NCBI GenBank assembly: GCA_048013815.1
Contig: CM106585.1
Location: 11,160,001-11,224,000 of the forward strand
Source: Setoptus koraiensis
Taxonomy: Eukaryota; Animalia; Arthropoda
Reading direction: 5' to 3'
Length of the DNA stretch: 64,000 bases
Every line of letters starts with the position of its first letter. Position 1 is the stretch's first letter. A program made the position numbers and the translations under genes. The notes beneath the pieces were generated by a model that saw nothing but the letters and a program-made list of their open reading frames with translations, was not told where the DNA came from and searched no databases. This document shows, piece by piece, positions 32,911 to 46,700 of the stretch.

Positions 32911-35900
32911 CAACTCCGACAGAGCGCCAGATAGACACATAATAGGCCGCTCTGGCCTATTATGTATTTGCTCACATATCCAGCCATGTCTAGCCATGTC
33001 CAGCCGTGTCCAGCCGTGTCCAGCCGTGTCCAGCTCATATGCTGCCAGCCAATGAATGGCAGCGACGATAATGGCGATTCGCGGTGGCCAGCTCGGCCAA
33101 ATTGGCCAGCTCGGCGTAGAGGCGGCGCTACAGCGGCCATAGCTCGCCAAATTGCGAGCAAATTGCAGCCGCGACTCGCTGCAAGCGAGCGAGTAGAGAC
33201 ACAAACAATTGCTGGCCAGATTGAACGAGCATGATTACCGATGGGCATCACAATCGTTCTTTCTGGCTTCGTTCGGCCGTCCGCTTTACGGCGACCCGAC
33301 CGACGCCGGGCCGCGCCGACCAATGGCAAGACTAGATTAAATTGGCTCCGACCAACCTGTTGCCGGTGCCGTCGTTGCCGTTGTTGTTGCCGTTGTTGCC
33401 GTTGTTGTTGTTGTTGTTGTTGTTGCTGCTGGCGCTGTCGTTGTGTCGGCTGTCGTTGTTGTTGCTGTTGTTGGCTCGGCCGTTGTTGTTGTTGCTGCTG
33501 CTGTCGTTGTGTCGGCTGTCGTTGCTCACGGCGGCGCGCTGGTGGCGATGGTGGCCCACCTATAATCGCACCACCTAACACGAAGCATTGTAGCCGACAG
33601 CAACAAGTGCAACTGCGGCCAACTGACAGGCCGCTCAAAACAACAACGACGTATCTCGCTTGTTTATCACTGCACACATCGCCCCCCGCTCACCTGTAGC
33701 GCCTGCCAACTCGGGCCCGTCTATAACAACAGCAGATATAATAATAACAACAGCTGATATAATCATAACAACAGCTGATATAATCATAACAACAGCTGAT
33801 ATAATCATAATAATAGATGAAATAATAGCAATAGCAATACCGATAGTGATAATAGCAGTCGCAGTAACGATGGTTGGCGCTGCTCGCGATGCGGCCGTCG
33901 CTCGCAACATCCAGCTCGCAACAACCAGCTCGCAACAGCCAAGGTCTGGCTCGATTCGCGTCCATTCAGCTCATTGGACATCGTCGTTTATTCTGTAGCA
34001 AAGCCAGCGAAACGCCAAAGCCAATCGCCCCATTGCCGAGACGCCACCACCAAATCTAATCTGCTCGGCTCGCTCACTGCGCCACATTCGCGCACTTTGC
34101 GTAACATTCGCGCACTTTGCACAACATTTGCGCGCACTGTGCGCCGCGCACAGGTGCAGTTACCTGGACAGGTGAGGCTGACAATTTTATTTGTGTTGAA
34201 TTTTGCTTGTGACGCACAGGTTGCGTGAGCAGAGCGGGCATCGCTGGCTCGCGAGAGATTGCGCAACCAGTTGATTCGCGCGAGAAAACTCGCGCTCGTG
34301 TGCCAGCACCGCACACAATCGGCAATTGGCGCTCGAATGCCGGCTCGCCAAGAGAGAATTTCCCCATCAGGTGCCCGTTCGAACGGGCATTCCGATGGGC
34401 ATTCCAATGGGCATTCCAGTGGGCATTCGAATAAGCATTCCAATACCCCTTCGAATGCCCCTTCGCTCGGCGAACAAGCTGGAACTGGCCGGCAAAAGTT
34501 GTTTTGTGCTCAACGACGACTGCCTATAGGTCTCACAGTGCGACGAACAATGGCCAGGGCTCATTGGCGCCCATATAGATTAAGATAGATGGCGCATGGG
34601 TGAATGTTCTAATTATAGGTCGAGTGCCCAAGCCGGGTTAAGCCAGACAACAATTGACGGCCTGCCGAAGCCGCCTATATTTGCGCAGCGTCGTGTCCCC
34701 CGAGTCTGGCCGAGCGGCCGAACTGCGGCGCCGCACTCGACGGGCCGGCGCACCGGCACACTGGTCGGGCCGGCGAGTCGGTTCGCAGCGAAGCGCAAAG
34801 AATCGCTCGCTGCAATTGTCTAAGATAATTTAAATAATAAGATGCCATTATGTGGCCCTAAATTGTGTTGCGCTGGCAGTTGGCGTGATGAGTATGACGC
34901 CTAATGCGAGCCTAATACGCGACCTGCCGGCCATTGTGTGAGTGCGCATCTCGCCGAACGGCTCGCGAGCTGGCCAGCGAACGCTTCGCTGGGCCGGGCG
35001 CAAGGGCCGCCGAAGGCGCCTACAAACGCCAACTGGTCGCTGGCGAGCTCTGAGTTGCTGTGTAAGTTGTTGCGCAAAAATATCGTGATGCACAACAACG
35101 GCAACAGCAACCACGACGCCATCCATAATCCATTCCATTTCGAATTGAATCCAATTGGAATTGGAAGGCGAACGCGAACGCGAATCCAAATTTTCCGAAT
35201 TCTTACGCCAACGAACGGCAGCGAACGGCCAGAAAAGAAGCACAAAGTGCGACCAAGCCAAGTTAATAAGCCATTGAGTAGGCCATTGTTCTTTGGGCGA
35301 CTCTTGGCTGGCGAGTTTGTCCGGGCGAGCGACTCCAAGCGCAACCAAGTGCCTACAAATTACAATACCGACTGCTACATGTTGTTGTCATTCGTGTACG
35401 GCTACCCGTTTCTCGGGCCGTCGTTGGCGTCTGGTTGTTGTCGCTGGCGTCGTTGTTGTCGTTGTTGTTGTTGCTGTTGATGCTGTTGTTGCCGCTGTTG
35501 TTGCTGTTGCTGCTAAACACGGCCACCAAGCGCCAGCGAGTAATCTAGTTGATGGGATTCAACAGGTAGCTGCGCCGCATTGTTTTTGCCTCTTCTCCTT
35601 ATTCATCTATTTTTAGTATCTCTCTCTCTCTACTTGACTTCACATGGGATCTATCAATGGCCAGCGACGGCACAACAACAGCACAACAGCAACACAACAA
35701 CAGCAACAGCACAACAGCAACACAACAGCGACAGCACAACAGCAACAACTCTAGCCAGGCGCACCACACAGCTAGCAAGAAGATATCAGTCAAGTACAAA
35801 ACGACCACCTGTCAGTGTCAGGGCGATTGAGAATTTTTAGCACATCAATGACAGCGAAGCCCAATTGGCAATTGCGTTGCAGACAAACAGACGGTCGGTG

Positions 35901-35990
35901 CTCGATTCGCAGACAACTGCTGCGAATTGTCGATTCCAATTCTTCGACAGGTACGCTTCGACTCGGATCACACACAATATAGACTGTCGT

Positions 35991-36067
<77 letters not shown>

Positions 36068-36924
36068 TTGTTGTTCTCCCAACGCCAACGAATGCCGCCA
36101 CCTCGAATGCGTCTCAATGGTCGCCACTTGAGTGCGAGCGTCCCACTGGTCGCGCCGGCCAACTCGAACAGCGAATTGTTCTCCTCGCCTGTTCTTCTCG
36201 CCTGTTCTCCTCACCTGTTCTCCTCACCTGTGTGTGTGTGTGTGTGTGTGTGTGCTCTTTAAAAAGAACAATCTCCTCTACTAATCACCAGTTGATTACG
36301 TAACCAAAAGTTCGGCTCGCACAAACGATGGCCCGCCATGCTTCATCGTTCACCCATAACATTGCATACTGCCGACTATTTGCAACACTGTCCAGTAGAT
36401 GCTGTTGCTGTGGCCGTTGACGGGCGCTGAACCCTTGCTCACCTGTCGCCGGCTGACCACTGTCCCATGCACTGTGCCGTGCCGTTTGCTGCGCCATCGA
36501 TGTCTTCATTTGACGTCTGCATCACCCGTGTCAGTGCGCTGCTCAGTGTCTGAAATTGCTCAGATTTTAGACATGAGCACAGCAATTCTAACAAGTAAGT
36601 TGCAAGTGTGACAGTTGTCGCCCCAACAATAATTGACCAATCAGTGCAGTTATTGCCAGTTATGAATATGCTGCTTGTAATTGTAACAACTTGTGCCGCC
36701 ATTCACGACTGCGAGCCCACTAATTTTGTAGTGCTAAATCAATAATTGTTGCTTCTCGGCACAGCTTGCCAGGGGCCCAGCGTGAGCTGAAGAAGCGGAC
36801 AACGAGAAATGGAACTCGGAATGCGGATTGCGCAATTCGAATCAATTTGGCCGTAATCGTACGATTTGTGTCACGTCGGTCAACCGCTTGTTCGCTTGTT
36901 GCTGTTGGTCAAAACAACCGGCAG

Positions 36925-36956
<32 letters not shown>

Positions 36957-39900
36957 ACCACGACGACTTCGCCGCCAGGTGAATACTGCCGCTCGAACAG
37001 GCCACGCTCGAACAACAACAACAACAACAGCACACACCGACAGGTGAATGGACACAGGCGAGGTGGGTGGACAACAGGTGAATAGGAGTGAATTGTCACA
37101 CACACACGGCGCTACGGCCGTCCTTTCACTGTTCACCTCATGTATGTGCGCGCCACACATAAAGTTGTTACATAAATGTTACATCACACTCACAATACGG
37201 CCAGTCATACAATGACCGCCGGTGTTGCTGTTGCGCAAGCTTCTCGTTGTGTTGCGTTGTTGCTGCTCGGTGTGCGTTGGCGTCGCCGGCCAACAATGAA
37301 CGAGCGTGTCTGCTATTGAGTGCAGCAGCATAGTTATGTAATATGTTTATGTCTGCGTCCACAACAGCGCAACAACAGCAATAACAGCAGCAACAACAAC
37401 AACGACACAACAACAACGACACAGCAACAACAACAGCGACAACGACAACAACGGCTGGACACCATCGATGCATGCAAGATTGTCAATTGCGACAATTGCA
37501 TCATTTTGTTGTTGTGTGTGCATGTCGAATGTGCGACAGTGCCTGCCGAGCGAATGTCATGCGTTCACTGGCGCGCTGTTTGGTGTGTCCAGCGTGTTCG
37601 ATGTGGCCAGAAAATTGACAACTCACTCAACTAATCAGCTGATTGTCAGTGTCTGGCAACTGTCAGTGTGTCGCAACTGTCAGTGTCTTGCAACTGTCAG
37701 TGCATACGACAATTGGCTCGAAAATAATAGGCTCAATATCTAACAATTTGTGCCACTGTCATTGTTGCGATCCTTTTCATATGAGCACCCACGCGTATAG
37801 CGATATAGGGCATGTGTGTGTGTGTGTGTGTGCGTGTGCGTGGCACCCAAGCGTGTCTTGGCGACTATAAAGAGAGCAGGCTTTGTCCTATAATTACGCA
37901 ACACTTATGCACTTATGCAATATACAACTGCGCCGTGGATTTGGCCTGACAAACTTTGCACTGATTTCGTTGGTCGGCATCACAGATTGTTGTCAATTGT
38001 CGACGATTGCGTCATTTATACAATGGCTTATCGTCGGGTATTGGGGTATTGAGGGGCAATCGGGTATTTTTGGCCTATTTTGGGTATTGGCGGTGTGGAG
38101 CCTAAGCACTAATTAGTAACCGTAATTATCTCTCCTTCTGTCTGCTGCTCGCGCCCACTCACACAAACATCGCAAACAAACGGATCGGCCAACAAATGTC
38201 GACAAACGGATCGGCCAACAAATGTCGACAAACGGACATTGAGCAGATCGAGTGTCTGAGATCGTGCTTCGGCGAGCAGCAAGCGAAACATTGCGGCTGC
38301 TTGCCAAAGAACAACATTTACGTTCGCAACACCAGACTGGACAGAAACAAAACTCTGCGCTGGTGCGACGATTACCGCGACAACAGGCCGGCCAGTGGCG
38401 TCGCGATTGACTCGCCACCGAGAAGCGACAGCAAAAACGCGACACCAGGTGAGTATTAATACAAACTTATCTGACGATTGCGAGGCTCCTCGTTGGCACA
38501 CAAAATCCCCGCGCCAAAACCCCCCATAAACGATGCACGACTCACAGGCGTCAAGTCAGCAGCGATAAACAATGGACGAACAAAGATTAATTGTCAATTG
38601 AGAGTCGAGTTTGTCGCTTGTCAACGAATGTCAACAAATGTCAACGAATGTCAAATGGGCACGTTGCCCCGTGCACGTGCACCGTGATTGATGCTGGCGC
38701 CGCCCGTATGCGCGTTTTGTGAGTTATTTTGTGAGTTGTTTCGTTAGTGGTTGTGTGTTATGACAGTTGCACGCAAGGTGCGCACCAAGACCAATTGGTG
38801 ACAGCCGGCCGCCAGGGCTGCCCCTAGTGGCGGGCGACTGCTTTTCTAGTGAATCTTTCTGCGCTAACAATTATTCTTGATTTAGACGAATAATCAGCAT
38901 GACAGTTGTTGTCATTTTAGGCTCGACGTTTAGCCGACGCTAGCCAAGCCAGTTGACAGTTGTCAGTTGTCAGCTGACAACTGTCAACTGTCAACTGGCG
39001 GCCATAAGTAATGGGCATGCGGGCGCCGGTAAACTTTGTTTTGTTGGGCACACTATGAGCATCCCCGGCTATTGCACACACACACACACACTAGCACTAT
39101 GAGCTAAATTGTAAATTGTAAATTGTAAATAGCCGACTCTGCTCATAATCACCTAAACTCACCTGAGCGAGCCAACAATGAATATTCATATTGGCCCTGC
39201 TGTTGTTGGCATGGATATGTGACTGGCATTCGTTGATTGTGCTCGTCGCCGTATGGATGCATGACATGACATATTACATAATAATAATAATAATAATAAT
39301 TGTTTCTCTCTACGGCGATACAGCAGACGAGCGTCGGTGCAGTTTTTATTACGGCGACCATTAGGGCCGCTGCTGTTGTTGCTGGTGCCGGCAGCATCGC
39401 TGCGAGCCGTGCACTTGTCGCAACAGCGCCGGCACGACGCCACCAACGAGCACACGGGCAACTAGCCATTGTAAGGCCGGCCAACAATCAAGCTCGGGCT
39501 CACATTCAAATTAATATCGTCTTAAACGATTGCGCAATGAGCTTATAAACAACAACAACAACAACTTGTCCAACTGTCATGTCTACATGTCGCCAGGGCC
39601 ACAGCCACGGCATCAGTCGGCGGTGACACACTGCATGAATAGCCACTAACAGTTTTTTAACAGCTTTCTCAACGTTAATTGTCGCCTCATGCACCTGACA
39701 TGATGATACCTGAGATACCTGTTGCCCTAATGACTCGGCTGCCTTTGTTTTGTGCCCCTGTCGTTGTGTCAGCTTGTGTCAGCTTGTGTCAGCGAGCCAC
39801 ACAAACTGCAGTGTTGAGTTAATTAGCCAAATGCTGCTGCTGCTGCTGTCCATTGATGCAATGGCCACTAACATCAGCTGCTCAGTTTGTCAAACTAAAC

Positions 39901-42900
39901 AGCTGATCACTAACAACACAAGCTATTGCGCAACCATAAACTAGAGATATTTGACAAGACACAACCGCTTGCACAACACAAACCAAACTGGTCATTATGA
40001 TGCTGGCGAGCCATCATAATGATTGCGCAATGTTGGCGCGGCTCATGCCCATTCAATATGCTGCCGGCTTATGCTAATTTGACATTGCGATTGCGCCATT
40101 TGATTAGCTTGGCTATTTGATTAGCCCAGATTTGCAGAGTCGCGCAGCTATCACTGCAAATCACTATTGCGCAACGTCACTGCTGGCCGTAAATTGGGCG
40201 ATTGCGATTGCAAGATTGTTTAAATTTAGATGATTCAATCAATTTGCGTTAATTTGTTCATTTGTTGATTTGCCAACACACTAACACACGCGTTCACTTT
40301 TGCACTTGTGTCAGCAAAAGGCCATCTAGCGGCGATGCCCATCTAATGCAATTGGCCTCATTCCGGGCCACTGCTCACTATTACTCATATCAGATATTAG
40401 TATTATACTGACAACTGGCCAGTTTGACATTTGCCACCGGGCGCCTTGACCGGCCCTAGTCACTAGGTCTAGTCACTAGATGGCTCACTAGAGTCTAGTG
40501 AGTCGCTCAGAGTTGCATCAATCGATTCGGGTTCGTTTCAATTTGCTAATTTGACGTTACTGCTGATTTTATTGTATTTTGTATCAAATGTCGTATGTTT
40601 CTATATTCGTTTCTGTGGCCACCAATGACGGCGCAACGCCGCCAATGCGGTCCCGACGAGCATCTTTCAACGAGCAATATCCAGTCTAATCACGCCAACT
40701 CTGTCCTCTCTCCCTCTCCCTCAACATCAACATCAACATCAACAAACAACCTGTCGCTCGCCTATCAACAATCGGCTCTCAACAATATACAATTTATACA
40801 TAAATAATGTCGTCACGTATGACGCGCTAACCGACGCCAGCGAACGGAACCGCGCTAACCACATCGGAGTGCATGATATTACGTAAGACCTTCATCAAAT
40901 ACTGCCATGAAAGTTGTTTGCACGAATGCAGGTAATTAATTATTGATAATCAGCTCACTCAATCAGACTGACGAAGACACACCATTGGATGGCGCAACGC
41001 TGCCACGCATCTGGTTGCCCTGGTTACCAGTGATGCAATGTCAGCCGATTTTATCTGAATTTTATCTGGAATTTATTTTTGTTTTATTCAAAACAAAAAT
41101 TTCGCCGGCTCGGCGCCTGCCGCCTACCTGCGTCGCTGACGATGCTTGGTCATTGCGATTTATGCGGCCTGAATGGCCGCATAAATCGCAATTATCGTCG
41201 GCCATAATCACTTTGTGTGTCATGGCGAATGCCCATATCCCCGCACCATTAAACTCTTAAAGTCCCGACAGCAACCCCAAAACAACAACAGCTGTCTCAA
41301 CACTGTTGAGTCAACAGGCTGCGAATCAAGCTGCCCAAAATGAGCTAACCCGAGACAACCACAAAACAACTGCCAAGTAACCCCAAAAAGCGCTCTCTCC
41401 CATGCCGCCAATTCCCAATCTAGGGCGTCCAAGTTTGATGTGGTGGCGTATCATCGGCCGTGGCCCTCCGTAGAGGCAATGGTGAGTATTACGTATTATG
41501 GTGTGTTACGCAATGATGACGATTCTCGCGGCCTATAAAGCGCCGATCAATATATAGGCAGCGCCTAGCCGTCATCGCTGATTGGGTGCTGTTAACAGTG
41601 GTCGGCCTATCACGACGGCACTGACTGGTGGTTGTTGCGCAACAGCAACTTGTTTGCATCGATTCTTGCATTTGTGACTCACAAATTGTGAGTGTGTGTG
41701 TGTGTGCCGGGGTGCCAGTCGTTGACCTATGTGCGCCAACAAGTGGCAACTTTTTGTGATGATTTCGCTGCTAATGCAACAAACTTATTAACTTGGCATG
41801 TCTCTCTTTACGAGCTCACCTGTTTCACCTGCTCTCATGGCGCTGCTGCGTTGTTGTTGAGCTCGGCAATTACCCGACCCAATGGCGTCGTTGCGCAATA
41901 GCCAAGCCGGCTGCTGGCAGCAGTAGTTTGCATATTGGCCAATGTATGCTTGTTGATAGCTCGGTGATGTGCCGGCGCCGACGACGGCCCACTGGCGAGC
42001 GCCGACGATGGCCCGATGGCGAGATCGGGCCGGCATCGGGACGCCGGCAGCCGGCAGCATGCAGCATGCAACAGGTGGGCCGCGGCGAGCCGGGCACCTT
42101 CGGCCACCACGTCAGCAACAACTGCAACAACCGACAACAGCAACTGCAACAACCGACAACAGCATCAACGGCAGCATCAACGGCAAAAGCAGCAGCAACA
42201 ACAACAGCCTGAAATGATATTGCGCAACGACGGCGGCCAGCTAATTTTAATTTCCATTTGATCATTATTAGAAAGCCATTAGGCTACCTGTGCGCTGCCC
42301 ATTGCGTCTCGGCGAGCGACCATGACGGCCATTGTGACGGCCACCATGATGCCATCGGCTCAGCTGATCGTGACGCAAAGCCGGCGCTGGCTCGCAATGG
42401 CAGCCAGCCGGCGATATTTGCAGCGATACCTGAGATATCTGAGATAGCAACCTGTTGTCTCGATGTTTCGATTGGCGCCGCTGGCCAGAGAAGCGCCACT
42501 CTGTTTCGCGCAATGGGCAATAGAATCAGCAAGAAACGAATTCGCAGGCATCGCGCCGAATCGCTTGCGTCACCGGCCGACGCTCAAATCATGTGCGCAA
42601 CTCAATCACCTGTAATCACCTGTATCTATCAGCTGTGTGTGTGTGTGTGTGTTGCTGTTGATGTGGCCGGTGACAAATGCGATTCGCCCAGCGACCCAAT
42701 CGGCGCCAGTTGCGCAACATTTGGCTAGCTCGCCATTGGAAGGCTCGCCAAAACTCGCAAGCTCGCCTGTGAATGGGTGCTCGCCATTGAGTGAGAAATA
42801 AATCTCTCGATTAGATAAGATAATGAGAGCACTAATGCGACGGCGCACAACGAAGCGTCAATGATTAACAGCCACAATAATGGCTGATAATGCATTAATA

Positions 42901-43679
42901 GCCTAGCGTCTCCTTGGCCCGCCGTCTGCCGGTTCCGTCGGCCGGCCGGGCGCGGCTCACCCTGACTCTGACATCCCAACACAGACTCTCTCACATCTCA
43001 ATTTGGCCCGGCGCTGCCAGTTGCCGCATTGAGTCGGTCGGTTTGACCATTGAGCCGCAGCTCCAGTTTCAGTCTGGCGGCTTGTCGGTCGCTCGAGCGC
43101 AAGTTGCCCGGCTCGAGCGCAAGTTGCCCGGCCCGAGCAGCGCCCCGCATCGGCACTAATGGCGACACTCAAGCAGATTGTTCCTAATGAGCACATTGCT
43201 CGCTGGCTCACACAGGTGAGCTCATTCTTGTTGTGGCATTCGAGCCAACTAACAACTTGTTGACCACCCAGGCGCCACTCGACGCATTTCGCATTCTTCA
43301 GCGCCGCCGCTGTGCCTGTGCCGGCCGCTGGGCGCTGCGCCTCGGTCGCCTTGTTGCGATTCCCGCATGCAGCAGCGTTAGCAGCGTCGCTTCGAGTCGC
43401 TTCGAATTCGCTTCGAGTGGCTCCGAATTCGCCCGCAACTCGCCTCTCGTTCGCCCGCAATCCGCGCCGAACTCTCCCGCCAGATCGGGCTGCGCCAACG
43501 CTGCAACCGGCCCAACCGGCGCGGCTGTTGCAGCGGTGGCCGCGCTCGCCCGCTCAGCGCACAAAGGGCGCCTCGCCCTGGCTAGCCCAGGGCGTGCGTG
43601 TGTGCGCTCCGTTGGCGTCTGTCCAGCTATGCGAGCGAATGTGTGTGTGTGTGCGTGTGTGTGTGCGTGTGTGTGTGTG

Positions 43680-43722
<43 letters not shown>

Positions 43723-46700
43723 GTGTGGTCAGTTGGCGCTGGCAGGTCGATTCGGCCAGGTGAATGGGCCAGCGAGCGCTGGCCGAGAATCGGACAGAGT
43801 CGCTCGGTTGCCGTTCGAAGCGTTCGCAGTTGGCAGTTCGAAGCGTTCGCAGTTGGCAGTTCGAAGCGTTCGCAGTTGGCAGTTGGCAGTTCGAAGCGTT
43901 CGAACTCGGACGCCGAGTTATGCCGTCGCCGGCGAGTGCGGCCAACAAGACGACGCAATGAGAACACACAATAATAACATTACGTGAGCCGCTCGCTGTT
44001 CGTGTGTGGCCCGTCTCGCAACCTGTCTCTTGTCCATTTGATACACGCCACGCCGTGCACACACACACACGCACGCACACTCTGGCCACACTGACCACTG
44101 GTCACTGGTCGGCAATGGGTCGAGTAGCGCAAATTGAGCTGTCTCGCGGGCTGCTTGACTTTTAATCTGGCTTTTGGTGCGCTCCAGTCATGACAAACGG
44201 CACGCCAACTCTCACCTGGTGCCCGTCGCTGGCACCTTGCGAGCGCGCTCGGCCAGCTCACGACCGTCGTGGCTCGCATCGGCCGCTGGCCCACGATGCT
44301 CATGACCGGCCCATGGCGCTCTTGACGGCCGCTCGGACGCGGCCCGCTCGGTTGTGTGACGCTCGGACACGGGCCGCTCGGTTGTGTGACGCTCGGACAC
44401 GGGCCGGCCGGTTGTGGGCCGGCCCGCGATCATGAATACAATTCGGCGAGTAGCAATTGTCGGCGCACCATCTGCAGTCGCCCATCAGCTGATCTGAGGC
44501 GTTTGCAGCAACAGCAGCAGTTCGACATGACTGATACCCTCTACACACCGCTCCGTATATAGAGACTCATCACTTGTCAGTAATAACAGACAGACAACAA
44601 TAAATGACTGACTGACGGGCCGTCAGCTGTTCGTGTCACTATCAGCTGACGAAGATGCCTTGTTGTGTCATTGCGCATGAGATGACACAACAAGACTGGA
44701 TAGGTCACCCAGTGGCACAATGCGCAATCACGTGCCTGTGCGTCACACGGTGTGTGCGTTACATGACATGTCGACGAGGGCGGCCTCACTTCCGGTCGCT
44801 ACTTATTTGGGCGCTGGCGACAAGTTGTTGCGCATGCGGTGCGCACAGACAACTCGCGCTGCAACTTGCTTGAGCGACGACGTCTCTGTTATCTATACTG
44901 TGCTCATTGCGCAAGTTGGCAGCTCACCTGTTGGCGCAACAAGTGCAGCGACAAGTGCACAACAAGCGCGGTCGCGCTCGATGAGTGGCGCTGCCAACGG
45001 TGAAAGCGGCCACCATTGCGTCATGCATATCGCTGTCGTTGCCTCACTGTTGTTGCCTTACTGTTGTTGCCTTACTGTTGTTGCCGTCGTTGTTGTTGTC
45101 GGTTGTTGCTGTTGTCGGTTGTCGGTTGTTAGGTGGCCACCAACGACGACAACCACGACGACGAGCGGCACGACGATGACGACGACAATGACGATGACAA
45201 GACGGCGAGAGAGTGGTCAGACGAGAACGCCGACTGGACGAGATTACCAAACAGCTGATGCAAACAGATAGATGGAGATGGCATCATTCGGCCGGCGTTT
45301 CCATTGAGATTATCGCGCTGACCAGCGGAGATTATTGTGAGTGTGTGTGTGTGTAAACTAATGAGCGATCATGCCCAAACAAACGCAATGGCGGCAATAA
45401 AATCAATACAACAGCGGGCTGGCAAGACACGATAATGCAGTAATAACATTCGCGCCGACCGCTTGTTAACCGGGCCAGCGACCATCGGCGATATTACGCC
45501 AGATATTCGCTCGCTCGGCGGCTCGCTCATTCGCATATTCGCTGGCATATTCGCTGGCATATTCGCTGGCATATTCGCTGGCATATTCGCTGGCATATTC
45601 GCTCGCATATTCGCTCGCATATTCGCTCGCATATTCGCTTATCCGCATGGACGCATATTCGCCCGTTCGGCGATGCCGAGATTCCGAGATCGGCGCTCGT
45701 CGGCCGTCCGCATACGAATATGAATACGAGGTTGAGTTTGGATACGAGTGTGAGTATCAGTGTGAGTATGGATATGAGTGTCAATATGGATACTGTTGGC
45801 CGGCGTTTGACGTCGGACGGACCCGAGCGGCGCGCCGGGTCGCTGTCAGACGGCGCCGTTGGTGGCGCGCAGCGCGCCGACTTATGGCCGGCGCGGCTCA
45901 TAATTTATTTGGCGGCCCTCGTTAGCGCCGCCACCCGTTCGTTGCCGGCCGGGCCGGCCGTCGTACCGTTGACAGAGTGTGCAAAGCGGCCATAAACCCG
46001 CCGGCCGGCCGTAATGAGCGTAATGCAGGTTGCCGAGATTGAATTGAGAGTCTGGCTGGCTCACGTCCGACGTCAAACGTATCACAATCAATATCTCACT
46101 AGATGGCTCGCTCAGATAAATGGTGATGATGATGAACGAAAATCATCAAGTTGCGACTGGATGACACACGCATCGCAGACAATAACAACACGACCAGAGA
46201 TGGTCAAGCAATTATAAGCCAAACAAATGGCGCCGTTAGCCGCTCCGCCGGCCCGTCACTCGGTCCGTCCGTCCGCCTGTTATGCGCGAACTATAACTCG
46301 CCAGTCCGTTAGCCCGTTAGCCAGCTAGTTGGGCCATCACAATAATCACAATAATCGCAACGCTCACAATGACCGTCCGTCATTAATGAGACGACGCAAC
46401 AGGTATGCGAGCCGGCCAGAGTAATTAAGACAAGTGAGAGTGGACAGCGACAGGTGAGGCCTATAAAGCGTTTACACAAATGAGCTGGTCGCGTCACCGC
46501 GACAACAAAGGCCAAATTGATTGAGTTGGCAATTGTCAGATTATCTCTGTCGCGACCCGCGAGCGTTATCTTTTGTGCGGGCACAGCCGCAATCGGTGCG
46601 CTCATTAGTCGGCCGCTCGACCAATAAGCCGACTGTTCTAGTTTCGTCGCTTTTATTATTATTATTGTCGTTAATCGCCGGCCCGCACCGACGCGCCGGA

